Positions 9,129 through 20,008 of a stretch of DNA of 32,000 nucleotides are shown here, piece after piece; within the stretch, counting starts at the first letter, position 1; the number at the start of each line of letters is the position of its first letter. Location of the stretch: positions 270,001 through 302,000 of the forward strand of contig CP002278.1 of the NCBI GenBank assembly GCA_000166095.1, read 5' to 3'. Origin of the DNA: Methanothermus fervidus DSM 2088. Its GTDB lineage: Archaea > Methanobacteriota > Methanobacteria > DSM-2088 > Methanothermaceae. The notes beneath the pieces were generated by a model. The model did not search any database and had not been told where the DNA came from. It saw nothing but the letters and a program-made list of their open reading frames with translations. The position numbers and the translations under genes are program-made.

Positions 9129-10220
9129 CTATCCTTCCAACTCCTCTAATTTTTCTGGTAGATATGTATCAACTACATATTCTAACCCATATTTAGAAAA
9201 AGACTGTTGTTCAGCTTTTTTCTTGATTTTTAACATCTTTTTAATTTCTCTTCTCCAAAATTCATCTTTATATCGTGGATCTCTTAATAATTCCTTTAGT
9301 CTAATTATATCAACTTCTTCTAGAGGATCTGTAGGTAAATCATAATTTATAATATCTGTTGCAGTTACACCTAAAAATTTAGCATTTGGAGTAGCTAACT
9401 CATGATTTACATGTGCTAACTTTGCACTACCGGAAATTATGACCATAGCTATGTGAAATCCCCATGGATCTCCATCATTGCATATGTAAACAGGCAATTT
9501 CAACTCTTCGTTTAATCTTTTTAAAAATCTTCTTGTTGCTCTTGCAGCTTGTCCTTTCAACCCAACTATTAAACAATCAAACTTTTTGTGAGCTTTTTCT
9601 TGGACCAATCGATGATACATACCCATAGTTTCTACTGCTATTACTCTTTCAACATCGTGGTCAACAAATTCTATTTCATCAACTGTCGGCGGTATTGTGT
9701 ATCCAGATTTACCAGCCTTCATAGCATCTATTTCTATATCACCTTCTCTAACTGTTAATTTACCATATACTGATGCCCCATCCTCTTCAGGTAATAAACC
9801 TAAATCTTCTCTTGTTACACCAAGTACTATTTCTAAATCCTCACTAATATTATTGGATTCTTGCTGATCATTAAAATCTACATCCCATCCTTCTGATACA
9901 TAATACATTTCCCTAAGCGTAGCTGTTTTACCTTTTTTAATTAATTCTTTACAGAAATTTGCAACATACAACATCTGACCAATTTTTCTTAACTGTTTAA
10001 CATTTCCCAATGACCTAACCCCATATTTGTCGCCAAGAACATAATGACGTTTATTATCATCATAAATAATATTAGAAGTGCTTCTTGAAGGTACTTTTAT
10101 TTTAGGTATTTTCTTGTTTTGAATATCTGTAATTATTCTTTTGCCAAGATTTTTGAGCTTCTTTAAAGTCTTTACTTTCCTATTTTTCATTAATTTCACC
10201 TGGAATGTTTCTTTTCTCAA
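9129..10220 (-). CDS. top6A: DNA topoisomerase VI subunit A
   Basis: [117 protein letters not shown]. Start may be the internal Met (MKNRKVK). Confidence 0.96.
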   Translation of the reverse strand: MRKETFQVKLMKNRKVKTLKKLKNLGKRIITDIQNKKIPKIKVPSRSTSNIIYDDNKRHYVLGDKYGVRSLGNVKQLRKIGQMLYVANFCKELIKKGKTATLREMYYVSEGWDVDFNDQQESNNISEDLEIVLGVTREDLGLLPEEDGASVYGKLTVREGDIEIDAMKAGKSGYTIPPTVDEIEFVDHDVERVIAVETMGMYHRLVQEKAHKKFDCLIVGLKGQAARATRRFLKRLNEELKLPVYICNDGDPWGFHIAMVIISGSAKLAHVNHELATPNAKFLGVTATDIINYDLPTDPLEEVDIIRLKELLRDPRYKDEFWRREIKKMLKIKKKAEQQSFSKYGLEYVVDTYLPEKLEELEG

Positions 10221-11745
10221 CTATTTTCTTTAAAAAATTGTTATAATTTGGAGTGCTAGTTTCAGCAAGCTTTGCAGCCTCTTTAATTATTATAGGTATG
10301 TATTTCTTGAATAATCTATATTTTTGTAATTCTTCTCTGGCAATTGCTTTAGACCTTAAATATCTACGAAGTTTTCTAGCAACGTCCATAACTGCCTGCC
10401 TAACCTCATGTAATATTTCAGGTTCTGGTGCTATACTTTGTTTACCTGTAGATAAATATGGAACATTTGTTGAAACTATGTTGACAAAAACTGAAATTGG
10501 TGAATTTTCAAAATCCCTAACACCGTATCTCTTCCAGTCGATGCTCTTAACAGCTTCAGTTATTGCACAACTTCCTTGATCAAAAGTTAAGGGAACTCTA
10601 TTTGCGAATCGTATTATTTCAGATTTTCTTTGATCTCCTACTTTTCTGCCCGCATTGCCACCATATGCTATGGCAGCTTCCGTTATAAATGGTATTCCTC
10701 CTTTGTATGTTGCAGGTTTTCTTGTTGTGGATGCAACAAACTCAGGATTTAACATTTTCTTCATGCTTTTCTCTATTTGTGATTCTCCAATAGGTATTAA
10801 ACCAGAAGTTGGTGGTGACATGAAATCCATTTTTTTGAAAGCATTGACAATTTCTTCGGCTTCATCCCATTTTAAATCTTTAGGTCTTTTATCTAAATCA
10901 ACATTTACAAGTTTTTCAAGTTCTTTAATTTTATTTTGAGACATCCTAGATAAAGAAGCCATTAAAAAGGTTTTAATTTTTCGTCTATTACTGTGTTTGG
11001 CCATATACAACAGATCATCGGCTGTTATTCCTTTAGGATGTGGTGGAATTTCTTTTGGTAGCGGTGGAATTTTCGTAGATGCTCGTTTAAATTTGTAAAT
11101 TTTTCCTCTAGGATCTTTAAATGTTATTTGAGCGTGAGGATTTCCTATCATGGTTCTTCTTATATACTCAAAAGCTCCCTGCTCTGACCTAGAATAAGTT
11201 ACATCTTTTAAATGTAACTCAACAAATACACCAGTACCATCAGGATCTACTTCATTTTTCTCAAGAATAACACCTTCATTTTTCTTTTCATCTAATTGTA
11301 AAAGCATTTCAACGCCTTTAATTTCTCCATCTTCTTTATATTTTGATATAACCCTCACTGGCTTCCCAGTTGTCATTTGTGAGAATAAAACACATCCACT
11401 ACATCCTAATCCTTGTTGGCCTCTTGATTGTATATTCCTAAATTTTGATCCAGCAAACATTTTGCAAAACACTTTTGGAACATAATCTTCTGGGATTCCT
11501 GGACCATTATCTTGATGACGTAATACATAATAATCTTTATCAATCCTTTCCAATTCTATTTCTATGTTTGGAAGTATACCTGCCTCTTCAGCAGCATCTA
11601 AACTATTAGTTATTAATTCATGAAATACCATTGTAAGAGACCTTATTTTTCCAGAAAAACCCAACATTTGTCTATTTTTACGGAAAAATTCTGATGGCGT
11701 GAGTTCTTTGAACTCTTTGAATAAATCGGAAGCTTGTTTTTCCAA
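10180..11745 (-). CDS. top6B: DNA topoisomerase VI subunit B
   Basis: GHKL ATPase motifs [76 protein letters not shown]; [20 protein letters not shown]. Confidence 0.96.
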   Translation of the reverse strand: MEKQASDLFKEFKELTPSEFFRKNRQMLGFSGKIRSLTMVFHELITNSLDAAEEAGILPNIEIELERIDKDYYVLRHQDNGPGIPEDYVPKVFCKMFAGSKFRNIQSRGQQGLGCSGCVLFSQMTTGKPVRVISKYKEDGEIKGVEMLLQLDEKKNEGVILEKNEVDPDGTGVFVELHLKDVTYSRSEQGAFEYIRRTMIGNPHAQITFKDPRGKIYKFKRASTKIPPLPKEIPPHPKGITADDLLYMAKHSNRRKIKTFLMASLSRMSQNKIKELEKLVNVDLDKRPKDLKWDEAEEIVNAFKKMDFMSPPTSGLIPIGESQIEKSMKKMLNPEFVASTTRKPATYKGGIPFITEAAIAYGGNAGRKVGDQRKSEIIRFANRVPLTFDQGSCAITEAVKSIDWKRYGVRDFENSPISVFVNIVSTNVPYLSTGKQSIAPEPEILHEVRQAVMDVARKLRRYLRSKAIAREELQKYRLFKKYIPIIIKEAAKLAETSTPNYNNFLKKIVEKRNIPGEINEK

Positions 11746-11773
11746 GATGAACCCCCTTTTAATTTATTGAATA

Positions 11774-12340
11774 TTATTTTATCCCAAAGGTTTCTTTGAA
11801 TCTTTTTACTTTCATTTCTTGTTGCTTCTTTTCTAAAAATCTATAAACAGTGCCGTGTTTTGCACCCTCTAATAACATTTCAACAGCTTCTCTTGCTATT
11901 CTAATTTCTTCTAAGTCTCCAATTAATGCCACAGTTTTTCCATACACTGAAATATTTGCTCCAGTCATGTTCTCAATTATTTGTCTTGTTTTCCCATCTT
12001 TTCCAATTATACGACCTTTTTGTCTTCTTATGGCCTTTTTGGATCTACCTACATAATCAGATATATCAATCACATCAAGCATGACATCTTCATTAAGTAA
12101 TCTTAAAGCAACTTCTGGACTAAATCCCCTACCTATAGCTCTAACAATGTCTCTAGCTTTTAACACATACATAGGATCTATACTTTCTGATTTAGGAATT
12201 ATTGTAACCATTCCACTTTCACTATCAATTTCTAGTTTTGTTTGTGTAGAATTTTCAATGTGTTTTTTAGTACTTCCATTTTTGCCTATCAACACTCCTA
12301 TTCTTTCCCTAGGAATCCTAATGTACTCTTCTGTTACCAC
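11774..12340 (-). CDS. KH-domain RNA-binding protein (archaeal Dim2/Pno1-like)
   Basis: Two KH signatures IPRERIGVLIGKNGSTKKHIE and KGRIIGKDGKTRQIIENMTGANISVYGKTVALIG; adjacent to the RIO kinase and eIF1A genes. Confidence 0.9.
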   Translation of the reverse strand: MVTEEYIRIPRERIGVLIGKNGSTKKHIENSTQTKLEIDSESGMVTIIPKSESIDPMYVLKARDIVRAIGRGFSPEVALRLLNEDVMLDVIDISDYVGRSKKAIRRQKGRIIGKDGKTRQIIENMTGANISVYGKTVALIGDLEEIRIAREAVEMLLEGAKHGTVYRFLEKKQQEMKVKRFKETFGIK

Positions 12341-12353
12341 AAACTTACCTCCA

Positions 12354-13118
12354 CTAATCTAAAATCATATTTTTTACTTCATCAAAAGAAGTTTTGACAC
12401 CTAGCTTTCTAAAGTCATTAACTATATTGTGGATATCTCTATTTAGCAATTCCATTGATAAAGGATGATCAACTACAACAGCTTGTGACAAATCAATTAT
12501 AACAGGTTCACCATCTAAATTTAATATATTAAATGTTGAAAAATCACCATGAACAAGTTTTGCATCATTATATAATCTTTTATAATATAATATAATTTTT
12601 TCAAAAGTTTTATCAGGGTCATCAGGAGGTAATTCCCTAAGTGTGGGTGCAGGATTTCCATATTTGTCTCCAATAAATTCCATAACTAAAACATTATTTC
12701 TTGAGGTGATGGGTTTTGGTACTCTAACTTTTGCTTTGTATGCTCTTTTAAGATTGGAATATTCCTTTTTAACCCACGTGTATACAATTTGTCTCCTATT
12801 TGACATCCTTACATCAAATCTAGGGTCTCCTAAAATATAATTCTCCATTTTTCTAAAATCAGAGGTTGCAATCCTGTAAATTTTAACTGCAACGATGTCA
12901 CTATTGACAAAACCTTTAAACACGTTTGCCTCTTTTCCTGTACTAATTACTCCATTGAGTACCTCAATGTATCCTTTGTTAGCAATTTTATACAATGTTT
13001 GCAATGTTTGTTGATCAAATACTTCACTAGCTATCTTTCTTTCTTCACTATCTTTTAATATTTTACGTGATCTGATTTTTTCCAATGCTTCATCAATTTT
13101 GTCAATTTTCTTAGGCAT
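12354..13118 (-). CDS. RIO-type serine protein kinase (Rio1 family)
   Basis: GVISTGKEANVFKGFVNSDIVAVKIYRIATSDFRKMENYILGDPRF, LVHGDFSTFNILNLDGEPVIIDLSQAV. Confidence 0.92.
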   Translation of the reverse strand: MPKKIDKIDEALEKIRSRKILKDSEERKIASEVFDQQTLQTLYKIANKGYIEVLNGVISTGKEANVFKGFVNSDIVAVKIYRIATSDFRKMENYILGDPRFDVRMSNRRQIVYTWVKKEYSNLKRAYKAKVRVPKPITSRNNVLVMEFIGDKYGNPAPTLRELPPDDPDKTFEKIILYYKRLYNDAKLVHGDFSTFNILNLDGEPVIIDLSQAVVVDHPLSMELLNRDIHNIVNDFRKLGVKTSFDEVKNMILD

Positions 13119-13123
13119 TTAAA

Positions 13124-13429
13124 TCATCCTAGATCCTTAAGATATCCTCTTCTTTCTAGCCAATTAGCTTCTGTTCTTGTATATCTCCATACAACATCTG
13201 CCCTTTCATCTTTCTGGAACTCCCATGGCTTCACAAGTACAATGTCACCTTCTCTTATCCACACTCTTTTTTTCATTTTCCCAGGTATTCTTGTCAATCG
13301 CACTTTTCCATCTTCACACCTTACCATAAGTTTCCCATGACCTAATATTTGTTCAACTACACCAGCCATTTCTCCTTTTTTAGGTATTCTTACACGTCTC
13401 ACTTCTTCATTTTTTCCTTTCCTCGACAC
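13124..13429 (-). CDS. eif1A: Translation initiation factor 1A
   Basis: GEMAGVVEQILGHGKLMVRCEDGKVRLTRIPGKMKKRVWIREGDIVLVKPWEFQKDERADVVWRYT. Confidence 0.95.
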   Translation of the reverse strand: MSRKGKNEEVRRVRIPKKGEMAGVVEQILGHGKLMVRCEDGKVRLTRIPGKMKKRVWIREGDIVLVKPWEFQKDERADVVWRYTRTEANWLERRGYLKDLG

Positions 13430-13662
13430 ATTACTCCTCCCTCACATTGATTTAACAAATAATTTTATCTTTTATTTTTTATGTTTGTCCTTATATCTAA
13501 AATTTTCGTCGGTATTTTTTACATAAAATTATTTTAGCCTTAATTTGCCTCTACATAAAATATTATAGTTAGAATAGCATATTGATGCTTCTTGAAAAAA
13601 TTATTTAAAGTTGATTTGACCTGATTTAATGTTAGAAAATTAAATGTAAAGGTGAAAAAATC
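13430..13662. promoter_or_regulatory. Divergent eif1A/moeA intergenic region
   Basis: 233 bp AT-rich non-coding gap between divergent genes; the longest intergenic region in the window. Confidence 0.5.
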
Positions 13663-14880
13663 GTGACATCTGAATATCTTCAGACTGTAGAATTAGACAA
13701 GGCAAAAAAAATTGTTGAGGAGCTTTTCACAAATTTTTACACTACTAAAATTGAAAAAATTAACATAGAACGTGCTCACGGGAGAGTATTGGCAGAGAAT
13801 GTATATTCACCTATTGATCTTCCACCATTTGATAGAGCTACACGGGATGGATTCGCTGTAAAAGCTAGTGATACATTTGGTGCAAATGAAGAAAATCCAG
13901 TTAAATTAAAATGTATTGAAAATATTGAAGCTGGTTACATTCCAAAAAATACAATTACTGAAGGACATTGTGCTAGAATAAGTACGGGGGCGTTAATACC
14001 ATCAGGATCTGATGCTGTAGTAATGGTAGAATTCACTGAGAAAAAAAACAACGATATATTAATTTATAAAAGCGTTTATCCAGGCCAATATATCGCAAAA
14101 AAGGGATCTGATATCAAAAAAGGAGAATTACTCCTCAAAAAAAATACAATATTATCTCCAGATAAAATAGGGGCTTTGAGTGCTGTTGGGATTAAAGAAA
14201 TACCTGTGTATTCAAAGCCAAAAATTGCAGTAATATCCACAGGAAATGAGTTAATAGAATTATCTGAAAATCTTAAAAAAGGAAAAATTTTTGATGTTAA
14301 TAGTTATAGTATAGCAGCTTCTATAGAAGAATGTGGTGCAAAAGCAATCAATCTTGGAATTGTTAAGGATAATTATGAGGATATAAAAAACATGATATTA
14401 AAAGGATTAAAGGTTGCAGACATAGTTGTAATTTCTGGAGGCACATCTGCAGGAAAAGGTGATATCGTAGCAGAGGTAATTGATGATATGGGGGAAGTGA
14501 TATTACATGGTATTGCGATGAAGCCCGGTAAACCAACTATAATTGGTAAGATAAATTCTAAAATCATAATAGGGTTACCAGGATATCCAGTATCTGCATT
14601 AATTGTTTTTAGAGTGTTAATAGCACCTATCCTCTGTAAAATAACAAAAGCTTTTAAATTGAAAGAAAAAATTGTCAGGTTGCCTATTTCACAAAGATTT
14701 CATTCTACTAGGGGAAGATTAGAATTTGCTTTAGTCAGTATAGAAAACAATAAAGCAGTTCCAATATTAAAAGATTCAGGTGCTATAGCATCATTGGCAA
14801 TGTCTGATGGATATATAGAAATTCCTAAAAATGTGGAAATTATAGAAAAAAATGAAAAAGTGGAAGTAAAAATATTCTAA
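13663..14880 (+). CDS. moeA: Molybdopterin molybdenumtransferase MoeA
   Basis: LPPFDRATRDGFAVKASD, STGALIPSGSDAVVMVEFTE, VISGGTSAGKGDIVAEVIDDMGEVILHGIAMKPGKPTIIGKINSKIIIGLPGYPVSALIVFRVL; GTG start. Confidence 0.95.
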   Translation: MTSEYLQTVELDKAKKIVEELFTNFYTTKIEKINIERAHGRVLAENVYSPIDLPPFDRATRDGFAVKASDTFGANEENPVKLKCIENIEAGYIPKNTITEGHCARISTGALIPSGSDAVVMVEFTEKKNNDILIYKSVYPGQYIAKKGSDIKKGELLLKKNTILSPDKIGALSAVGIKEIPVYSKPKIAVISTGNELIELSENLKKGKIFDVNSYSIAASIEECGAKAINLGIVKDNYEDIKNMILKGLKVADIVVISGGTSAGKGDIVAEVIDDMGEVILHGIAMKPGKPTIIGKINSKIIIGLPGYPVSALIVFRVLIAPILCKITKAFKLKEKIVRLPISQRFHSTRGRLEFALVSIENNKAVPILKDSGAIASLAMSDGYIEIPKNVEIIEKNEKVEVKIF

Positions 14881-15641
14881 TTATATACGTTAGCTAAGAT
14901 TCTTTCAATTTCTTCTAAACTCTTGCAGACCACTTTATTTTTTAGCTTTTTTATTACAGGTCTTTTGACTATTATAACTTTGGTATCGAGTTCTAATGCA
15001 GCATCTACTTTATTTTTTAATCCACCTTCTTTACCACTGTCTTTTGTGATAATGGCTTCTGCTTCATATTCTTCTATTAATGCCATATTTAATTTTTTTG
15101 AGAATACTCCATACATTGCAATAATGTTTTTTGGAGGAATTCCCAATTTTAGACATTTTTTGATAGAATCTGGCCATGGCAATACTCTAACTACAAGTTT
15201 ATTATTATCTAAATATTTAACAATTTTAGGCAATGTAGACACGCCAGCTAAATGCATTACTTTCCCATCAATTTTCGCTGCAATTTCACCCGCCTCATCA
15301 AATGAATCTACATATATTACATTAGGATGTTTATAATTAATAGAAGGCCTTTCAAAACGTATGTATCTAATTCCTGTTTTTTCACATGCATCTATTGCAT
15401 TTTTAGTCGCTTCTTTAGCAAAGGGATGAGTAGCATCAATTAAAACTTTAACATCTTTTTTATTAATTAATTCAACTAAATCGTCTTTGTCTAGCGGCCT
15501 ACTTATTACTTCATCTGCACCAGAATTTTTTGCTAGATTGGCACCATAATTTGTAGTCGTCGTTGCAACAATTTTAAATTTATTTTTTAGCCTTTTTATT
15601 ATTTTATTGCCATTAACGGTTCCACTCATTACTAATATCAT
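14877..15641 (-). CDS. cobK: Precorrin-6A reductase
   Basis: MILVMSGTVNGNKIIKRLK, VLIDATHPFAKEATKNAIDACEKTGIRYIRFERP, VLPWPDSIKKCLKLGIPPKNIIAMYGVFSKKLNMALIEEYEAEAIITKDSGKEGGLKNKVDAAL. Confidence 0.9.
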   Translation of the reverse strand: MILVMSGTVNGNKIIKRLKNKFKIVATTTTNYGANLAKNSGADEVISRPLDKDDLVELINKKDVKVLIDATHPFAKEATKNAIDACEKTGIRYIRFERPSINYKHPNVIYVDSFDEAGEIAAKIDGKVMHLAGVSTLPKIVKYLDNNKLVVRVLPWPDSIKKCLKLGIPPKNIIAMYGVFSKKLNMALIEEYEAEAIITKDSGKEGGLKNKVDAALELDTKVIIVKRPVIKKLKNKVVCKSLEEIERILANVYN

Positions 15642-18120
15642 ATTTTTTCCTTCTCAAAAGTTTGTTGATTAAGATAGTTGAAGAAACTAAAACGATAAAC
15701 AACCAATCAAATGGAAGTAGTGAGGTTGTTCCAAATATTTTTTGCATAAACGAATTATAAACAATGATTATTTGTAATAAAATTGATGCTAACAATGCTA
15801 TCAACAAAAATTTATTACCAGGCTCATTTGATTTGCAATTAAACACATTGAATAATTGAAAGAAAACAAAAGTTGTGAATGCAACGGTAACAGCCTTAGA
15901 AGGAAATTTGTTTAAATAAAAGTAATAAATTAGGAGAGTTCCAATAGCCATAATAACTCCACTATACAATATTTCAGTTAAATACTTAGATGATAGAATA
16001 TCTCTTTTGACAGGTTTTTTTGCCATTATATCTTTTTCAGGAGGTTCAAGTCCCAATGCTTGAGCTAATGGTCCATCCATTATTATGTTAATCCATAATA
16101 TCTGTATAGGTGTGAACGGAGTAGGTAAATCAGCAATAGAGGATGATAAAATTGATAATATAGCTCCAATGTTAGTTGATAATTGAAATTTTACAAATCT
16201 TCTTATATTGGCGAATATTGTCCTGCCTTCCTTTATAGCAAAAACTATTGTTGCGAAATTATCGTCTTGAAGAACCATGTCCGCGGTATCTTTAGCAACG
16301 TCTGTCCCACTCCCCATTGCAACTCCTATTGAGGCTTTCTTGAGTGCTGGAGCATCGTTGACACCATCTCCAGTCATTGCAACTATATAACCCTTCTTTT
16401 GTAAAGCTTTGACAATTCTTAATTTTTGTCTTGGAAGAGTTCTTGCATAAACTTTAATATCCTCTACTATTGATTCAAATTCTTTGTCACTCATTCTATC
16501 TAATTCTTCCCCTGTTAAAATTTTATCCTTATCATTTAGTATTCCCAGTTCTTTGGCTATGGCAAAGGCTGTATCTTTATGATCTCCAGTTATCATTACA
16601 ATATCTATACCTGCTTTTTTACATAATTTTATAGCTTCAAATACTTCTTTTCTTGGGGGATCCATCATTCCAACAAATCCTAAAAATATTAAATCTTCCT
16701 CAAATCCATTTAATTCAGTAGTTTTTTTATAAGCTAAAGCCATAACCCTTAATGCTTTATTTGCCATTTTTTTAATTACATATTTAAATTCCTTTATGTC
16801 TTCTTCTTCCAATTTTTGAACTTTACCATTTGATTCAAAATATTTGCATTTTTTTAATACAACTTCTGGAGCCCCTTTTGTAAAAACATAATAATTTGAA
16901 CCTTTTTTATGTATGGTACTCATCATTTTTCTTGAGCTATCAAAAGGTATTTCCTTAATTCTAGGATATTTCTTTTCTAAATCTTCTTTTTTGTATCCTT
17001 TTTCTTTTGCAAAATGTAGTAGAGCTATCTCCGTAGGATCGCCAATTGCTTTTTCATTAATTGTTGCATTGTTACAAAGAGTGCAAACCTTAAACGCATT
17101 TTCAGAAAGTAAATAACTTTCTCTTACACGCATTTCATTTTTTGTCAAAGTTCCAGTTTTATCTGTACATATTACATTACAAGAACCTAATGTTTCAACT
17201 GCGAGTAATTTCCTTATTATAGCATTATTCTTCGCCATTTTTTGCATTCCTAAAGCTAAAGTAAGTGTTAAAACTGCAGGTAAACCTTCAGGTACAGCAG
17301 CTACAGCAAGTGCCACAGCAGTTAAAAATGTTTTAAATATTGGCAATCCTTTTAGGGTTTGTAATATAAAAACAAGGACACAAACCGAAAGTGCAAAAGC
17401 ACTTAATGTTTTGCTTAATTTTGCTATTCTTTTTTGTAATGGTGTTTTTTCTTCTTTTTCCTGAATTACTTCAGCTATTTTACCTACTTCAGTGTTCATA
17501 CCAGTTGCTATTACCACACCTTTTCCCCAACCAGATACAACCTTTGATTGCATGTACACGATTAAATCTTTAGTATTTTTTGCATTTTTAGGATTATCAG
17601 CTTTTTTTACAGGCACAGATTCTCCAGTAATGCTTGATTCATCTATAGTCAAATTTGATGCATCTAATATACATAAATCTGCAGGAACTGTATCACCTTC
17701 TCTGATTATTACAATATCTCCAGGAACTAATTCTGAAGATGGTATGTATCTTTTTTTGCCATTTCTTATTACTACCGCCTCAGGAGAAATTAATTTTTTT
17801 AGTTTTTCCATCGCTGCTTCTGCTTTATACTCCTGTATAAATCCAACTACAGCATTTATAAAAACAACTGCCAGTATTACCGTTGCATCTAAAATATCAC
17901 CAACAAACCATGATATTATACTAGCTACAAGCAATATAACCATAGGATATTCCATAAATTGAGATATGAATTGTCTGAATGGGCTTACTTTTCTTTCAAT
18001 CAATTCATTTTTTCCAAATTTTTTTAATCTTTTTTTAGCTTCCTGTTCTGATAGCCCTGTTTCCTTTGATTTAAATTTTTTTAAAATCTCTTGAGTATTC
18101 ATAGAAGCTAGCTTTTCCAT
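15613..18120 (-). CDS. Cation-transporting P-type ATPase (P2/Ca2+-ATPase-like)
   Basis: TIDESSITGESVPV, AVPEGLPAVLTLTLALGMQKMAKNNAIIRKLLAVETLGSCNVICTDKTGTLTKNEM, MVTGDG-like IVAMTGDGVNDAPALKKASIGVAMGSGTDVAKDTADMVL. Confidence 0.95.
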   Translation of the reverse strand: MEKLASMNTQEILKKFKSKETGLSEQEAKKRLKKFGKNELIERKVSPFRQFISQFMEYPMVILLVASIISWFVGDILDATVILAVVFINAVVGFIQEYKAEAAMEKLKKLISPEAVVIRNGKKRYIPSSELVPGDIVIIREGDTVPADLCILDASNLTIDESSITGESVPVKKADNPKNAKNTKDLIVYMQSKVVSGWGKGVVIATGMNTEVGKIAEVIQEKEEKTPLQKRIAKLSKTLSAFALSVCVLVFILQTLKGLPIFKTFLTAVALAVAAVPEGLPAVLTLTLALGMQKMAKNNAIIRKLLAVETLGSCNVICTDKTGTLTKNEMRVRESYLLSENAFKVCTLCNNATINEKAIGDPTEIALLHFAKEKGYKKEDLEKKYPRIKEIPFDSSRKMMSTIHKKGSNYYVFTKGAPEVVLKKCKYFESNGKVQKLEEEDIKEFKYVIKKMANKALRVMALAYKKTTELNGFEEDLIFLGFVGMMDPPRKEVFEAIKLCKKAGIDIVMITGDHKDTAFAIAKELGILNDKDKILTGEELDRMSDKEFESIVEDIKVYARTLPRQKLRIVKALQKKGYIVAMTGDGVNDAPALKKASIGVAMGSGTDVAKDTADMVLQDDNFATIVFAIKEGRTIFANIRRFVKFQLSTNIGAILSILSSSIADLPTPFTPIQILWINIIMDGPLAQALGLEPPEKDIMAKKPVKRDILSSKYLTEILYSGVIMAIGTLLIYYFYLNKFPSKAVTVAFTTFVFFQLFNVFNCKSNEPGNKFLLIALLASILLQIIIVYNSFMQKIFGTTSLLPFDWLFIVLVSSTILINKLLRRKKYDISNEWNR

Positions 18121-18469
18121 AATTTATCAACCTCATGCCGTTAATCTTATAACTTTCAGTGCTTAACGGCCTTATAATAAGCTTTGAGCTTGTTTTTTCT
18201 GCAATTTTTATTAAATATGGATATAATTCTATTGGAGGTCTTATGGAATAAATAATTTTAGCATTTTCATATATTTTGATATTAGGCGATGTTATATCAT
18301 CTTTTACAACATCACTACGCATTGGTTTTACATCAGTTAAAATTATATGAAGATTGGAATTAAGTTTTATATAGTCAGCTACTTTGAAAAACTTTCCTAC
18401 ACCTACTTCAACAACTTTGTCTTTATCAGAACATTGTTGGATGATATACTTTGCTAAATCAACCCACAT
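18071..18469 (-). CDS. UPF0146 family protein
   Basis: KVVEVGVGKFFKVADYIK...DVKPMRSDVVKDDITSPNIKIYENAKIIYSIRPPIELYPYLIKIAEKTSSKLIIRPLSTE. Confidence 0.8.
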   Translation of the reverse strand: MWVDLAKYIIQQCSDKDKVVEVGVGKFFKVADYIKLNSNLHIILTDVKPMRSDVVKDDITSPNIKIYENAKIIYSIRPPIELYPYLIKIAEKTSSKLIIRPLSTESYKINGMRLINYGKASFYEYSRDFKKI

Positions 18470-18484
18470 TTTACCACTGATAGA

Positions 18485-18916
18485 ATGATAATAAGAGAGT
18501 TTAACCCTTCAGACTTAAAAAGAGTATTTGAAATCGAAAAAGCATCCTTTAAAGACCCATATCCTCTTGGCGTATTAAAAATGATGTATGATATTGGCGC
18601 AGGTTTTCTTGTAGCTCAAAAAAATAATAATGTAGTAGGGTATATAATATTTTGGATTCAAAAAAATAATGAAGGTCACATAATTTCACTGGCTGTGGAT
18701 GAAAAATATCGGAGACAAGGTATAGGAACCCGCCTTGTAAACTCTGCTATAAAAATTCTGAAAAAATTTAATGTTAAAGAAGTATCATTAGAAGTTAGAA
18801 AAAGCAACAAAGTGGCTATAAAATTTTATAAGGCTTTGGGATTTAAAAAAGAAGGAGTGGTGCATAAATATTATGATGATGGAGAAGACGCATTAGTAAT
18901 GAAAAAATATTTATAA
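18485..18916 (+). CDS. rimI: Ribosomal-protein-alanine N-acetyltransferase (RimI-like GNAT)
   Basis: MIIREFNPSDLKRVFEIEKASFKDPYPLGVLKMMY, GHIISLAVDEKYRRQGIGTRLVNSAIKIL, VSLEVRKSNKVAIKFYKALGF. Confidence 0.9.
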   Translation: MIIREFNPSDLKRVFEIEKASFKDPYPLGVLKMMYDIGAGFLVAQKNNNVVGYIIFWIQKNNEGHIISLAVDEKYRRQGIGTRLVNSAIKILKKFNVKEVSLEVRKSNKVAIKFYKALGFKKEGVVHKYYDDGEDALVMKKYL

Positions 18917-18925
18917 TGAAGTGAT

Positions 18926-19999
18926 ATGATGGAAGCAAAACTAGTATTGGAAGATGGTACAGTTATACATGGAAAAGGTTTTGGTAGTGAAACAACAAAA
19001 TTTGGAGAATTAATATTTTGTACATCCATGACAGGCTACGTGGAATCACTTACAGATCCATCATATAAAGGACATATATTAATGATGACTTATCCATTAA
19101 TAGGAAATTACGGTGTAAATCCTGAATGGTATCAATCTGATGGTATAAAGGCAGAAGGTTTAGTCATTAGAGAACTATGTCAACAACCTTCTCATTATGC
19201 ATGTGAAAGTAATTTATCAAAATTTTTGGAAGATTATGGAATTCCAGGAATATGTGAAGTCGATACGAGAGCATTGACAATTAAAATAAGAAAAATTGGA
19301 AGCTTAAAAGGAGCTATAAGTACAGAAGATATTTCAGACAAAGAATTATTAAGTATGGTACGTGAATATCCTGATATTACTGAAATAGATCTTGTTGATG
19401 AAGTATCAACTAAAAAACCTAAATTTTTTGGTGAAGGAAATAGAACTTTAGTAATTTTAGATTGTGGTGTCAAAAGAAACATAATAAGATCTTTTGTTGA
19501 AAGAAAAACACAAGTAATTTTGCTTCCTTATCATGCCGCGCCGACCGAAATATTAGAATATGATCCAGACGCTGTTTTAGTCTCAAACGGTCCTGGAGAT
19601 CCTAGAAGAGTAAAGAATGTCATTTACACAATTAAAAAATTGTCAAACAAATTACCTATTTTTGGAATATGCTTAGGTCATCAACTAATTTCTTTAGCTT
19701 TTGGAGCTAAAATATTTAAAATGAAATTTGGACACAGAGGATCAAATCATCCTGTAAAAGACATTGAAAGTGGAGAGGTATATATAACTTCACAAAATCA
19801 TGGTTTTGCTGTGGATATTTCATCTTCAGATCTCCCAATAGAAATAACACAAATTAATCTTAATGATGGTACTATAGAAGGCATTAAACATAAAGAATTA
19901 CCGATATTGAGTGTCCAATATCATCCAGAGGCTGGTCCTGGACCATATGATACTAGGTGGTTATTTGACAAATTTATTAAGATTATGGATGAATATTGA
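18926..19999 (+). CDS. carA: Carbamoyl-phosphate synthase small subunit
   Basis: [51 protein letters not shown], class I glutaminase triad [15 protein letters not shown] and [17 protein letters not shown]. Confidence 0.97.
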   Translation: MMEAKLVLEDGTVIHGKGFGSETTKFGELIFCTSMTGYVESLTDPSYKGHILMMTYPLIGNYGVNPEWYQSDGIKAEGLVIRELCQQPSHYACESNLSKFLEDYGIPGICEVDTRALTIKIRKIGSLKGAISTEDISDKELLSMVREYPDITEIDLVDEVSTKKPKFFGEGNRTLVILDCGVKRNIIRSFVERKTQVILLPYHAAPTEILEYDPDAVLVSNGPGDPRRVKNVIYTIKKLSNKLPIFGICLGHQLISLAFGAKIFKMKFGHRGSNHPVKDIESGEVYITSQNHGFAVDISSSDLPIEITQINLNDGTIEGIKHKELPILSVQYHPEAGPGPYDTRWLFDKFIKIMDEY

Positions 20000-20008
20000 G
20001 GTGTTATA

